Numbered from the stretch's first letter, positions 16,544 to 26,554 are shown. The stretch: DNA of 64,000 nt from a virus (IMGVR_UViG_3300014205_000177:64001-128000), one strand, 5' to 3'. A program made the numbers and translations. Notes: a model not told the origin generated them from the sequence alone.

Positions 16544-16571
16544 ACAATAGCATTTTTTTTGTATTTTTCAA
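16544..16571 (-). promoter_or_regulatory. Sigma70-like promoter upstream of ssb
   Basis: Minus strand TTGAAA, 16-nt spacer ending TGC, TATTGT; same layout as the promoter at 9342-9369. Confidence 0.5.
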
Positions 16572-17704
16572 ATCTGAATATTATTATTTTTGAACATTTT
16601 TCTAACTTCAAAAATTGGCATTTCTCCTATGTCTTTTACGCCTCCAAATTTAATTTGCTTTACAGTAATTATATCTTTAAGTAATAGGTTTAATTTGTCC
16701 CTCCCTATAATACCATTTACATCTTCATCGAGAGCATTGACTATAGAATGGCACATTGATAGTAATTTATAAATATGAAATTCAAGAATGTCCTTTCCGC
16801 AAATAGCTACAACGTTTCTAATTCCTGATTCCCAACATCTCCAAAAATCTGCAAACCCCTCTACTACAATAGCTTCTCTTTTTTCTATTATATAAGGTTT
16901 TGAAAAATACAATCCATATAAAATATCCTTTTTATTACTACCTTTAACTATTTTATATTTAGGAACAGATTCATGTTCTTTAAGAACCCTGCCTGAAATA
17001 CCAACAAGCTTAAAGTTTTCATCTCTTAGTGGTATGGTAACTCTTTCTGGTCTAAATAAGCTTTTTTTCCAAGGACTATCATATGCAGGGCAAAAACCAA
17101 CCTCAAATAATTCTAATGTTTCATTAAGAAAACCCCTTTTTAAAAAATAATCATTTCTCCTATCAATACATCTCTGAACAAATTCTTCATTAATATATTC
17201 ACCTGGAGTAAATTCTATATTGTTATGCATTTTATTAATAGATAATACTTCATTATGAAAATTTATTAAGTCTTTCCTTGTCTCTATAATTTCAGGAGCC
17301 ACTATTTCCTTTTCTAAATCTTCTAAATTAACACCATACATTTCAGATAAAAAATTACAAGACTCTTCAAAACTACAAGATTTTATTTTCATTATAAAAT
17401 CTATAATATCACCATTATCTTGACAGTCTGTTCTACACATCCAATGGAATATAGGAGTTTCATCTTTAGACTTATAAAGAATAGAAAAAGCATCTCTTCT
17501 TTTACCGTGATGTATTGGACAACATGAACGTATTTGTTTTCCATCATTATGGAAAATTTTTATATCTAAAGAGTTACAAAAATCTTCTATATTCATACTT
17601 TCTGTAATTATCTTTTTAAATGCATATATGTCATACTTGGGATTACTTTTAACTACATTTACATTACATCCAATATTAGAGTGGTGTTGCAAATTTTTTG
17701 TCAT
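16568..17704 (-). CDS. dnaG: DnaG-type primase (Zn-finger + TOPRIM)
   Basis: CPIH...WMCRTDC..GDII, RVTIPL, GISGR, PKY, LYGL, VVEGFAD, ALDED..G. Confidence 0.9.
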   Translation of the reverse strand: MTKNLQHHSNIGCNVNVVKSNPKYDIYAFKKIITESMNIEDFCNSLDIKIFHNDGKQIRSCCPIHHGKRRDAFSILYKSKDETPIFHWMCRTDCQDNGDIIDFIMKIKSCSFEESCNFLSEMYGVNLEDLEKEIVAPEIIETRKDLINFHNEVLSINKMHNNIEFTPGEYINEEFVQRCIDRRNDYFLKRGFLNETLELFEVGFCPAYDSPWKKSLFRPERVTIPLRDENFKLVGISGRVLKEHESVPKYKIVKGSNKKDILYGLYFSKPYIIEKREAIVVEGFADFWRCWESGIRNVVAICGKDILEFHIYKLLSMCHSIVNALDEDVNGIIGRDKLNLLLKDIITVKQIKFGGVKDIGEMPIFEVRKMFKNNNIQI

Positions 17705-19253
17705 TTTCTTCCTTTTTTTTCTTTATAGCCTCATCCTTTTCTTCTTCAGTTCTTCTTTTATTATGAGATGTTAAATCTATTTTATCTTTTTCTTCGTATG
17801 TTAAAGTGTCTCCATGAAAATTTAACCCTATCCCATCAATACATATTGGGCCGCCACGTTGGTCAACAACATGAATCATTTGATTATAGAATTGTTCAGT
17901 CTTTGAATATTTGTCAAGCATAACCGTCATTTCTTGACTATTAAGTCTTCTTAACCAAATAAGACATGTACAAAATCTTAAAAGACGGTCAGAGTCAGCC
18001 AAAAAATTTTGAGCATTAAAAGCTGCATTTGTACCTACATCTTTATCATTACCTAATCTATTTGCTTGTGCTCCAGCAATAATAGGTACATCTAATTCTC
18101 TTCTTGCGTCGTTTAATTTTGTAGCTATAAAACCAAGTTCTTGATATTCTTTTACCTTTTGTAATGAGTCAGAATCTGCTACTTTCAACCAATCATAAAC
18201 AATAAGACATGGTTTAGTTTTCTTTTTACCATTTGGCATTATTTCATACCCAACATACTTTTCTACAAACTCTCTGATAAGAGCTATAATACCATCTATA
18301 TCCATAGCCTTCGCCGCACAATAATAAAACTCTTGTTCTGATAAGGTTTTACCAAATTCATTTATTGATTTTGTTTTTTCTTCATCGTCCATAAAAGACC
18401 CATCCATAATATCCCATTCTTTAATTGCTGACATTCTTGATAAAGCTCTAGAAGCTTGTTCTTTTTGAGACATTTCAGTGTCAATATAGAATACTGGTAT
18501 ATTTTGTTTGGCAGTTTCTATTCCAAAGTTTAATAACAAACTTGATTTACCTGTTTTTGGTCTTGCAAATAATATTATAAACTGAGTTCTTCTTATTCCA
18601 TTGATTACTTTCATTAATCTCGGCATTACAGGGATATAAATACCAACCCTACCTTTATTAGCTTTATTAAAAATTGAATCTTGAATTAATTCTTCTATAC
18701 AATCTCCAAGTTTTACTATATTCCCCGTACTTCTTTCTTTTTTTATAGATGAAAAAATATCATCAACATCTTGAATTATTTTATCTCCATTATCTTTAAA
18801 GCTAGATTGAAAAGCCCTATCTTGAATTATAAAACTCATTCTAAATGATTTAATACGGATAGAGACCTCTTTTAATATTTCGATATATTTATCAAAAGAT
18901 TCTTTATTAGTGTCTGGTGCTCTTAAAATACTATCAACATATTCAATTTTACCAATATATATATTAAAATCATTTTTCAAATCTTCTCTAGTTTCCATCC
19001 ACTTATATATTAGACATGGATTAAAATCATAATCCTGATGCATTATGTCATATCTTTCTTTCATTTGTAATATAGTTCTATAAATAACATTAAAATTTAA
19101 TGAATAAACATCATCAACTGAAACTTTAGAATATGCTATTCTTACTAATTCTGGACTTTTTAAAATACATGAGATAAAAGCTCTCTCAATCCCTACATTA
19201 TATAAATTTTTTTCTCCGTCAACTCTTATTTTTAGAAGTTGTTCATAATCCAT
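17676..19253 (-). CDS. dnaB: DnaB-like replicative helicase
   Basis: FARPKTGKS Walker A, YIDTEM, VYDWL, AQANR; I place the start at ATG 19253, directly after the upstream stop, not at 19301. Confidence 0.85.
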   Translation of the reverse strand: MDYEQLLKIRVDGEKNLYNVGIERAFISCILKSPELVRIAYSKVSVDDVYSLNFNVIYRTILQMKERYDIMHQDYDFNPCLIYKWMETREDLKNDFNIYIGKIEYVDSILRAPDTNKESFDKYIEILKEVSIRIKSFRMSFIIQDRAFQSSFKDNGDKIIQDVDDIFSSIKKERSTGNIVKLGDCIEELIQDSIFNKANKGRVGIYIPVMPRLMKVINGIRRTQFIILFARPKTGKSSLLLNFGIETAKQNIPVFYIDTEMSQKEQASRALSRMSAIKEWDIMDGSFMDDEEKTKSINEFGKTLSEQEFYYCAAKAMDIDGIIALIREFVEKYVGYEIMPNGKKKTKPCLIVYDWLKVADSDSLQKVKEYQELGFIATKLNDARRELDVPIIAGAQANRLGNDKDVGTNAAFNAQNFLADSDRLLRFCTCLIWLRRLNSQEMTVMLDKYSKTEQFYNQMIHVVDQRGGPICIDGIGLNFHGDTLTYEEKDKIDLTSHNKRRTEEEKDEAIKKKKEENDKKFATPL

Positions 19254-19254
19254 A

Positions 19255-19857
19255 TTATGCTCCATTCCTAGATTTATCCATTTCAAATTTACGTGTATCA
19301 ATTATTCTTTTCAAACAATTATCCATCTGAACAAATGATTCAGCTAAACCATTACATTGTTCTGAATATAAATTATGAACATCTTGTATATTTTCTGCCG
19401 TTCTTAAATCCTCAAATTTATCCATTGCCATAGCTTCACGCTCTTTTATCGTTTTACCTATACAATGTTTTGCCGCAAGCATTAATGCCCTATTCAAACT
19501 TCTTTCTGACATTTTCTTGGCACAATTCCATTTATTTTCCCTAGCTCTTACCCATAATACGTGAGCAACTAAAACTGATTCATACTCTAATAATTTTTGT
19601 AATGTACACTCAAATAGAACTTCAGGTTCCCATTTCATGGCGTGTATAAGTTCTTCAAGTGTATTTTCTGGTTTATATTTTTTTTCTTCAAGAGCTATTA
19701 ATCCTAAATTTTTTCTAGCCTTAGTTAATGATGCGTTTGCTTTTTTTCTTAGTTCATCATTCTTTATAGCATTACATATTTGACTCTTTACTTCTTCTTC
19801 TGTAACTGACAAAGTTTCTTCTTCTTTCTCTTCTTTGTTTTTTAATTCTTCACTCAT
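19255..19857 (-). CDS. Hypothetical helical protein (possible recombination mediator)
   Basis: Long helical/coiled-coil content; lies between recA and dnaB; function is inference. Confidence 0.6.
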   Translation of the reverse strand: MSEELKNKEEKEEETLSVTEEEVKSQICNAIKNDELRKKANASLTKARKNLGLIALEEKKYKPENTLEELIHAMKWEPEVLFECTLQKLLEYESVLVAHVLWVRARENKWNCAKKMSERSLNRALMLAAKHCIGKTIKEREAMAMDKFEDLRTAENIQDVHNLYSEQCNGLAESFVQMDNCLKRIIDTRKFEMDKSRNGA

Positions 19858-20255
19858 GATTTTAATGCCTTTTTAATTTTATTTTTTAACATTTTTTCAG
19901 AAACATCTTCATCATAATCAACCTCAATTAAAGAAATACCATTTGATTCACACCATTCTTTTTTTATTTTATCGTTTTTTTTAGATTTATTAAAACCTTC
20001 AACCCCATTATGAAAAAATCCTACCGGTTTAAAATGTTGAATACCATTACACTCTATTGCAAGATTCAACTCTTTTATAAATATGTCTAAATAAAGAGTT
20101 AACTGTTTTCCATAGTCATTAGTAATTTTTATAGAATACTCCTGAACAACCCTAAACGTTGGATACATTTGACGTATTGTTTCAAACACTTTTTTGTGCA
20201 GGTTCGACGCATTGCTCTTGGGGTTCAGTGACGACATCTTCCTCGACGTTTCCAT
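19854..20255 (-). CDS. DUF559/Vsr-like endonuclease
   Basis: QEY, LYLDIFI..LNLAIECNGIQHF, ND..K..WC..NGI.LI; start may be the Met at 20237. Confidence 0.8.
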   Translation of the reverse strand: METSRKMSSLNPKSNASNLHKKVFETIRQMYPTFRVVQEYSIKITNDYGKQLTLYLDIFIKELNLAIECNGIQHFKPVGFFHNGVEGFNKSKKNDKIKKEWCESNGISLIEVDYDEDVSEKMLKNKIKKALKS

Positions 20256-21315
20256 GAATTTCCTCGTATATTTTTTTAATTAATTCTTTATTAATAGTAT
20301 CAAAAAGAGTTTTATTGCTCTTTAAAAGAGAAACAGAACCAGCTCTGCCTTGAGCTAATTTTTCACCACAATAAGCATACCAAGAACCTTTTTTCTCTAC
20401 AATTCCCATATCAACACCAGCATCTAATACTGCTCCATACATATCCATTCCGCTACCATACATGATGTCAAACTCAGCCTTTCTAAAAGGCGGTGCTATT
20501 TTATTCTTTATTATTTTAACAACACATCTATTCCCTATAATATCTCCCGATGAATCTTTTAACTTTGCAATTATTCTTATATCCATACGTACAGATGTAT
20601 AGAACTTCAATGCATTACCACCTGTAGTTACCTCTGGACTTCCATAAACAATCCCAATTTTATCTCTTATCTGATTAGTAAATATTATCATTGTATTTGT
20701 TTTATTTGCTATTCCTACTATCTTGCGGAAAAATTGAGACATTAGACGAGCCTGTAAACCCATGTGAGAACTCCCCATTTCACCTTCTATTTCTGCTTTT
20801 GGTACTAAAGCTGCAACAGAATCTACAACTATTACATCAAGACCACCACTACGAATAAGTTTTTCAGCCATATCAAGAGCTTCTTCGGCATTAGCAGGTT
20901 GTGAAAATATTAATTTATTAATATCAACACCTAAATTTTGAGCATATGTTCCATCCCAAGAATGCTCCATATCAATAAAAGCACAATAACCACCTTTTGC
21001 TTGAGCACTGGCAATAATACTATTACAAAGAGTTGTTTTACCACTTGATTCGGGGCCGAATATTTCTATAACCCTTCCACCTGGAAGTCCATAAAAATAT
21101 TCATCTTCAACCTTCGTTATTATCCCTATAGCCTTGTCAATAGTTATACATCCTGTAGAAATAGTCTTACCATGCCAATGAAGACCATCTACGTCACCAA
21201 GTACACAAATAGATTCATTGTTTTCTTTCTGCAAACTTAATATTGTAGCCTGTAGTGCTTCTGGGAAAAACGATAATGCTGTTGCTCTTTTTTGAGTCTT
21301 TTTTTCCTTAACCAT
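20182..21315 (-). CDS. recA: Recombinase RecA
   Basis: GRVIEIFGPESSGKTT, FIDMEH, VVDSVAALVPKAEIEGEMG, GLQARLMSQ, GGNALKFY, KNKIAPPF. Confidence 0.98.
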   Translation of the reverse strand: MVKEKKTQKRATALSFFPEALQATILSLQKENNESICVLGDVDGLHWHGKTISTGCITIDKAIGIITKVEDEYFYGLPGGRVIEIFGPESSGKTTLCNSIIASAQAKGGYCAFIDMEHSWDGTYAQNLGVDINKLIFSQPANAEEALDMAEKLIRSGGLDVIVVDSVAALVPKAEIEGEMGSSHMGLQARLMSQFFRKIVGIANKTNTMIIFTNQIRDKIGIVYGSPEVTTGGNALKFYTSVRMDIRIIAKLKDSSGDIIGNRCVVKIIKNKIAPPFRKAEFDIMYGSGMDMYGAVLDAGVDMGIVEKKGSWYAYCGEKLAQGRAGSVSLLKSNKTLFDTINKELIKKIYEEIHGNVEEDVVTEPQEQCVEPAQKSV

Positions 21316-21318
21316 TTA

Positions 21319-22734
21319 TTAATCTCCATTATTTATATTGTTTCTTAATGTTGCTAAAATAGCATCTTTTTTTTCTTTTTCAAGTTCTCCTACTTCTTCT
21401 TTTGTTTCTTTTTGCATTTCTCTAATTCTAAAATCAATATCTTGAGATAGTTCTAGTTCATGTTTATATTTCATATAAGATTCTATTCTTGACACAATCC
21501 ATTCTATTCCAAATATACCTATGTGAATATTTAAATCCTTTATTTTATATTTATATTTTATATTTTCATAATCAAGAATCAACGTTTTTATCATTTCTGA
21601 TAATTTTTTATTGCCGTATCTTTCTATATTCTTCTTCATTATAGAACAATCTTTGATAAAATTAGGAAATTTAATATCTTCTATTATATTTTCCTCTTTA
21701 TTTTTCAACATTGTTAATTTAGCCATCCCACAATAAAAATAAGAAACAAAATCTCTAGAAGTCCATTCTCTTATTGGTTTTTTCATTGATGTAGAAATTT
21801 TCATATACTTGCAAAAACTTTCATAATTTGTACGAGCCATTTCTTTTAAACTTTCTTCCTTTAACTCTGTTACCGTTTCTACTTCTTCTACTTCTTCTAC
21901 TTCTTCTTCTATAATATCTTGTTGCTTTCCATAAGGTATTAGTTTTGATGATATTTTTATTTTACCAAGATTATTAATCTCATATATACCATTATATAGA
22001 TGTGAAAATTGAATAATTTTTAAATTATCAATTAAAGCAGTTATATCACATGGTAATATAAGACTACTTATATATTTTGGTGTTTTATCTTCTAATAATT
22101 TTGATTTAGAAAAATCTATTATAAATTCACCATTAGATTCTATAACATATTTATTTAGATTATTTACATCTATTTTATAAATTGAATATATTATTTCCTT
22201 AATAAATTTTTTTGATTGTATTTTATTCATACTATATAAAGGAATATCCCCAATTGTAGAAGCTTTTAATTCTTTTATGTCTGAAGTTTTTACAATACTT
22301 TCAAATAAATCAACATCTACAAGATTTGCCTCATACGTTTTACCGGTTACAGGTGTTATTATATCAAAATATTTTTCATGTAATATTTCAAATAACATTA
22401 GATTAAGAATATTTACAGAATAAATACTGGTTTTTTTACCAGACCTTAAAAGCCTTATAACAAAACCTTTCTTATATAGATTATCTAATCCTACTTTTAT
22501 TTGCTCATCGCTTAAAAACCCTATTTTGGAATTATTTAAAGATGATAATTGTGCTTTAGTCCATTTTGAACCTCTTATTTCTAACATGTTAATATTACTA
22601 TTTATCATTTCAGTTAATAAAAAAGTTGCTTCAAATCCTATACTATTAGCTATTAAAACTGGGAAAAATATAAAGTCCATACTTGAATTCCTTAATTTAG
22701 ATGCTCTATTATTACGTAAATTACAATAGCTCAT
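21319..22734 (-). CDS. Putative phage replication initiator-like protein (N-terminal winged helix)
   Basis: IA..IG.EA.FLL...W....LS..QI...L..L...G.V....YSVN pattern seen in phage replication-organiser N-termini; first gene of the replication operon. Confidence 0.5.
   Translation of the reverse strand: MSYCNLRNNRASKLRNSSMDFIFFPVLIANSIGFEATFLLTEMINSNINMLEIRGSKWTKAQLSSLNNSKIGFLSDEQIKVGLDNLYKKGFVIRLLRSGKKTSIYSVNILNLMLFEILHEKYFDIITPVTGKTYEANLVDVDLFESIVKTSDIKELKASTIGDIPLYSMNKIQSKKFIKEIIYSIYKIDVNNLNKYVIESNGEFIIDFSKSKLLEDKTPKYISSLILPCDITALIDNLKIIQFSHLYNGIYEINNLGKIKISSKLIPYGKQQDIIEEEVEEVEEVETVTELKEESLKEMARTNYESFCKYMKISTSMKKPIREWTSRDFVSYFYCGMAKLTMLKNKEENIIEDIKFPNFIKDCSIMKKNIERYGNKKLSEMIKTLILDYENIKYKYKIKDLNIHIGIFGIEWIVSRIESYMKYKHELELSQDIDFRIREMQKETKEEVGELEKEKKDAILATLRNNINNGD
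21877..21910. repeat. 9-nt in-frame tandem repeat
   Basis: (TTCTACTTC)3, encoding EEEVEEVEEVE. Confidence 0.75.
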
Positions 22735-22831
22735 AATCTTGTTTTTTCAAGCATGATTATAAACAAATGTGTTTTATAAGTGTTTCAATTTGTATAATAA
22801 GTTAATATACAACTAAAAAAGGAAATTTCAA
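22735..22831. promoter_or_regulatory. Divergent promoter region
   Basis: AT-rich gap between divergent genes; TATAAT on minus (22756-22761) and plus (22793-22798); -35 boxes not clear. Confidence 0.55.
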
Positions 22832-24073
22832 ATGGTAGAAAAAAAATTCGAAGAATGCCGTAGTCTATTAATTGATTTAGTATCTTCTGGTTATGGGAGA
22901 TATACAGTTGCTAGAGAATTTGGGATTCACCCAAGCAAGGCAAGAAGGTGGATTGACAAAATTAGGAATGAAAAACAACCAACAACCAACACAGAAGATG
23001 CTGAAGTAATCATAAAATTGAGTAAAACTACTCAAAACCTAATGGATAAAAATAGAATAGAAAGAAAAAAGACTAGAGAAAATTACAGAATAACAAACTC
23101 CCTAGAAGAACTTACAGAAAAAATGATAGAACTGTTAAATGAGAAAAGTTTTTCAATAAACACTGTAACCCATAAAGAAAAACCAGATGATGTTGTAGCT
23201 ATAATACAATTATCAGACCTTCATTTAAATGAATTAATTGATAATGTAGGAGGTAATAGCTTCTCCTTTGAAATAGCATCTTCTCGATTAAAAATGTTCG
23301 CACAAAAAATAAAACAATATTTGATTCCAGTCGGAGTGACGCATGTTCTTATAGCCATGACTGGAGATATTATAAATTCAGACAGAAGACTAGATGAGGT
23401 TCTTAATCAAGCTACAAATAGAACAAAAGCTATGTTTTTAGCAATTGATATTTTAGTTCAATTTATAAAAGATTTAAACGAAAATTTCAATATTTCAATA
23501 TCTTCTGTTTCTGGTAATGAATCAAGAGTTGGGTTAGAATATGGTTCTTCAGATGCTGTTATGAGTGATAACTATGATTATGCGATTCATAATATGTTGA
23601 AATATTTATTTGTTAATTCTCCTGGAATTTCTTTTGTTACTGGAAATTGCGTAGAATGTTTAGTAAATATGAATGGTCAAAATGTTCTTCTTATTCATGG
23701 TAATGGATGTATTCAATCTGGGGCAACAGAAAAAAGCGTTGCCCAAATAAAAGGTAGATATGCAAGTAGAGGTGTCATTGTTAATTATGTTATTTTTGGA
23801 CATACTCACAGTGCTCAAATTGGAGACCAATACTCAAGGAGTTCTTCATTATGTGGTTCTAATGCCTATAGTGAAAAAAGTCTCAACTTGGCAGGAAGAG
23901 CATCTCAAAATATTTATCTATTTTATAGCAATGGACTGAGAGACGGAATAAAAATAGACCTTCAAGTAAATACCGAAGACGGATACCCTTTCGATAAAGA
24001 ATTAATTAGCTATAATAGTAAGAGTGACAAGAAAACTCATCTTCAAGAGTCAGTATTTTCTGTTGTTATTTAA
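22832..24073 (+). CDS. HTH + calcineurin-like metallophosphoesterase
   Basis: N-terminal HTH (GRYTVAREFGIHPSKARRW); LSDLH, TGDII, SGNE, LIHG, FGHTH. Confidence 0.88.
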   Translation: MVEKKFEECRSLLIDLVSSGYGRYTVAREFGIHPSKARRWIDKIRNEKQPTTNTEDAEVIIKLSKTTQNLMDKNRIERKKTRENYRITNSLEELTEKMIELLNEKSFSINTVTHKEKPDDVVAIIQLSDLHLNELIDNVGGNSFSFEIASSRLKMFAQKIKQYLIPVGVTHVLIAMTGDIINSDRRLDEVLNQATNRTKAMFLAIDILVQFIKDLNENFNISISSVSGNESRVGLEYGSSDAVMSDNYDYAIHNMLKYLFVNSPGISFVTGNCVECLVNMNGQNVLLIHGNGCIQSGATEKSVAQIKGRYASRGVIVNYVIFGHTHSAQIGDQYSRSSSLCGSNAYSEKSLNLAGRASQNIYLFYSNGLRDGIKIDLQVNTEDGYPFDKELISYNSKSDKKTHLQESVFSVVI

Positions 24074-24086
24074 TCTATTTTAAGAT

Positions 24087-24136
24087 ACCCCCGAAGCCTC
24101 TTTTAAATGCTCAAATGTCGGGGGTTTTTCTTTTTA
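24087..24136 (+). terminator. Possible terminator between convergent genes
   Basis: ACCCCCGA (24087-94) / TCGGGGGT (24118-25) inverted repeat followed by a T-tract; the 23-nt loop is long. Confidence 0.4.
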
Positions 24137-24776
24137 ATAAAGAAATAAATTTTCCCCTATTCATCGTTTTGTCATAAGACCTTGCTAATGCAACTATTCC
24201 AGAAACCATAGCACACGACATACTATGACCAGTTAGTTCACCATATCTATTATTTGGTAATGTAGATACTATTTTTTCTTCTGTATATATATCAGCTTTA
24301 CTTTTATCATTAAAAGATGTAACAGATAAAACTTCTTTATAATTTGCAGGGTAATATGTTTTTCCATCATTTGAAACAGCACCTACTACTATTATATTAT
24401 TTTCAAATGCTCTTTTTATAGAATCTCTTACACAAGTAAAATCTTGACTTAAAGAAATACTTAAATTTATTACATCAACACCATCATCTACTGCATTATT
24501 AATAGCATTAGATATTCCTTTGGCAGTTCCTACACTCTTTACAAAAATTACTTGGTAAATATTTAATTTGCACAAAGGAGCTACTTTTAGAATAATTCCA
24601 GCAATATGAGTACAATGTTCTTTCCCATATTCTCTTGCTCTCATACATGTAGAATATTTATTTATACTTTTACTTATATCTTTATGAGAAATATCACAAT
24701 GAGTATCTATTATAGCTACAATAGTATTTTTACCCTGAGTATATATCCAATCAAAGGGTATCTCAACTATTTTCAT
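24111..24776 (-). CDS. S8 subtilisin-like serine protease (minimal)
   Basis: VAIIDT (Asp), HCTHIAGII (His), VINLS, GAVSN (oxyanion Asn), YPA, GHSMSCAMVSG (Ser). Confidence 0.88.
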   Translation of the reverse strand: MKIVEIPFDWIYTQGKNTIVAIIDTHCDISHKDISKSINKYSTCMRAREYGKEHCTHIAGIILKVAPLCKLNIYQVIFVKSVGTAKGISNAINNAVDDGVDVINLSISLSQDFTCVRDSIKRAFENNIIVVGAVSNDGKTYYPANYKEVLSVTSFNDKSKADIYTEEKIVSTLPNNRYGELTGHSMSCAMVSGIVALARSYDKTMNRGKFISLLKRKTPDI

Positions 24777-26172
24777 TTAAAGGTTCTCCTTGGTCTATTC
24801 CTGAAAAATTTTCGTTAACTATAAAATTATTTGCAGTTATCCATACTTCTTTTTTACCTCCAAAATTATCTTGAATAGTAACTAATGCTTTAGCTCTTAC
24901 AATTCCACCTAAACATTGTTCTACCCACATACCATCTAGCTTAGATGAAATATTAGAAGGAATACTCCAAACAACTTTTTGCCCCTTTAATTCATCAGGT
25001 ATTCTCCATTTATCATTAACAGGATTGGTATCTTTTTTTAATATAGACACTGAATATGTTCCAGGTTCTGAATAGATATGTTCTATTTCTCCACTTGTAG
25101 TAATATTTTCAGAAGAACCATCGCCCCAATTAACAATAGTCAATTCTACATCAACAAGTATTATTGATTTAACTTCATTAGAGTCTTCAGTAATTAATGT
25201 TTCATAAGTTAAAGAATCAACCTCATCAATTGTTGGATATTTTAATACTCTGTCTGGATTATTTTCTTCAAAATTATGAAAGTAAGAACCTACCGGATAA
25301 ACATTACCATCATCATCACTAAAAGGAGATTGAATTTTACCATCTATTTTATAAGGAATTGAAACTTGAACTTCCAATCCATCTCCAAATATATTTTCAT
25401 CTATATCCCTGTCTTGCCATCCATATAATCTTTCCCAATTTAAATGATTAACAACCTGATATTCTATAGTTGGATATATATAATAAGAATCTTGGTATCC
25501 AAAATCTCTTCCTTTTATTTCATCAATAGGTCCATCAATTAAGCCATTATCCCCTCCACACCAAAAATTTCTAGGAATAATAAAATCAGTATCTCCATTT
25601 TTAGTAAAATCATCAATATTCCATTTATTATTACCACCCTTTAAATAATGGTCTCTTTCTGTTTTAAGTTCATTAGAATAATATTCAATAGAAATTGTTC
25701 TAGCCATATTATTAAAAAAGAAAAAATTACCCTTGCATTCACGAAAAGGTCCAAACGTATGAGCATTGCTACTTGCATCATATTTTATACCAGTTTTACC
25801 AATATCTCCATTTATATATTTATTCTTTCTACTATCCCACGGTTGGATATAAACTCTTCTCCAATATTCCTCAATATAAAAATACCATTTTGGCGTTCCT
25901 AATATAACAACGTTATCTGTTTTATTTGGGTCTTTAGACCTTATAGACCATTCGTCTTCAATAGAAAAATTATAACTTTGAGAACCACTAAAAGCCCTAG
26001 AAGCACCATCTAATTCTGGTTCATGACCAAGCATAAAAAAATGACAATGACCTCTATGTGGTCTTTGATTAGATGGTATCCACCCCCCTTGATTATAAAA
26101 ATTCCAATCTCTAAACCCCCACTGGTCATGATATATTACATATAATGGATAAAATTCTAAATTATCTGACAT
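24763..26172 (-). CDS. Putative virion protein with a PKD domain
   Basis: VNWGDGS...EHIYSEPGTYSVSI PKD signature; Trp/Tyr-rich. Confidence 0.7.
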   Translation of the reverse strand: MSDNLEFYPLYVIYHDQWGFRDWNFYNQGGWIPSNQRPHRGHCHFFMLGHEPELDGASRAFSGSQSYNFSIEDEWSIRSKDPNKTDNVVILGTPKWYFYIEEYWRRVYIQPWDSRKNKYINGDIGKTGIKYDASSNAHTFGPFRECKGNFFFFNNMARTISIEYYSNELKTERDHYLKGGNNKWNIDDFTKNGDTDFIIPRNFWCGGDNGLIDGPIDEIKGRDFGYQDSYYIYPTIEYQVVNHLNWERLYGWQDRDIDENIFGDGLEVQVSIPYKIDGKIQSPFSDDDGNVYPVGSYFHNFEENNPDRVLKYPTIDEVDSLTYETLITEDSNEVKSIILVDVELTIVNWGDGSSENITTSGEIEHIYSEPGTYSVSILKKDTNPVNDKWRIPDELKGQKVVWSIPSNISSKLDGMWVEQCLGGIVRAKALVTIQDNFGGKKEVWITANNFIVNENFSGIDQGEPLNENS

Positions 26173-26173
26173 T

Positions 26174-26554
26174 TTAAGCTCCTGTAGATGGTGGTTTTGG
26201 TTTTGGTGTTTTAACTCTTGTTTTTATAAACCCAGCGTATCTAGGAGCTATATACAAATCAACACTTCTCAATAACCCAATAATACTAACTTCTGAAATA
26301 AAATCAGGCTTATTAGATGGTCTTCCAGTATGAACAGATACTCCTTCAAATCTAGGTTCTACAATTTTTTCAAAATTCCAAGTAGGATATATTTGTTGTC
26401 CAGCTCCCTTTCCACTAAATATACCAGTCTTATCTATTACTGGAGGATTAACCATACCCTTATATAATTTTGAAAGGTTTCCATAATTATGCATTTGATA
26501 ATCTTCGGCAGTTATTATAATTTTAGGAGAAACTCCAGTAGCAGTCAAACTCAT
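26174..26554 (-). CDS. Hypothetical virion-associated protein
   Basis: Coupled ORF in the structural operon; GGAGG SD. Confidence 0.7.
   Translation of the reverse strand: MSLTATGVSPKIIITAEDYQMHNYGNLSKLYKGMVNPPVIDKTGIFSGKGAGQQIYPTWNFEKIVEPRFEGVSVHTGRPSNKPDFISEVSIIGLLRSVDLYIAPRYAGFIKTRVKTPKPKPPSTGA

Noticed and set aside
19254-19301. N-terminal extension of DnaB in the ORF track
   Set aside because: Overlaps the upstream gene; the ATG at 19253 right after its stop is more plausible
21877-21910. 9-nt repeats as replication iterons
   Set aside because: Explained by the Glu-Glu-Val low-complexity linker
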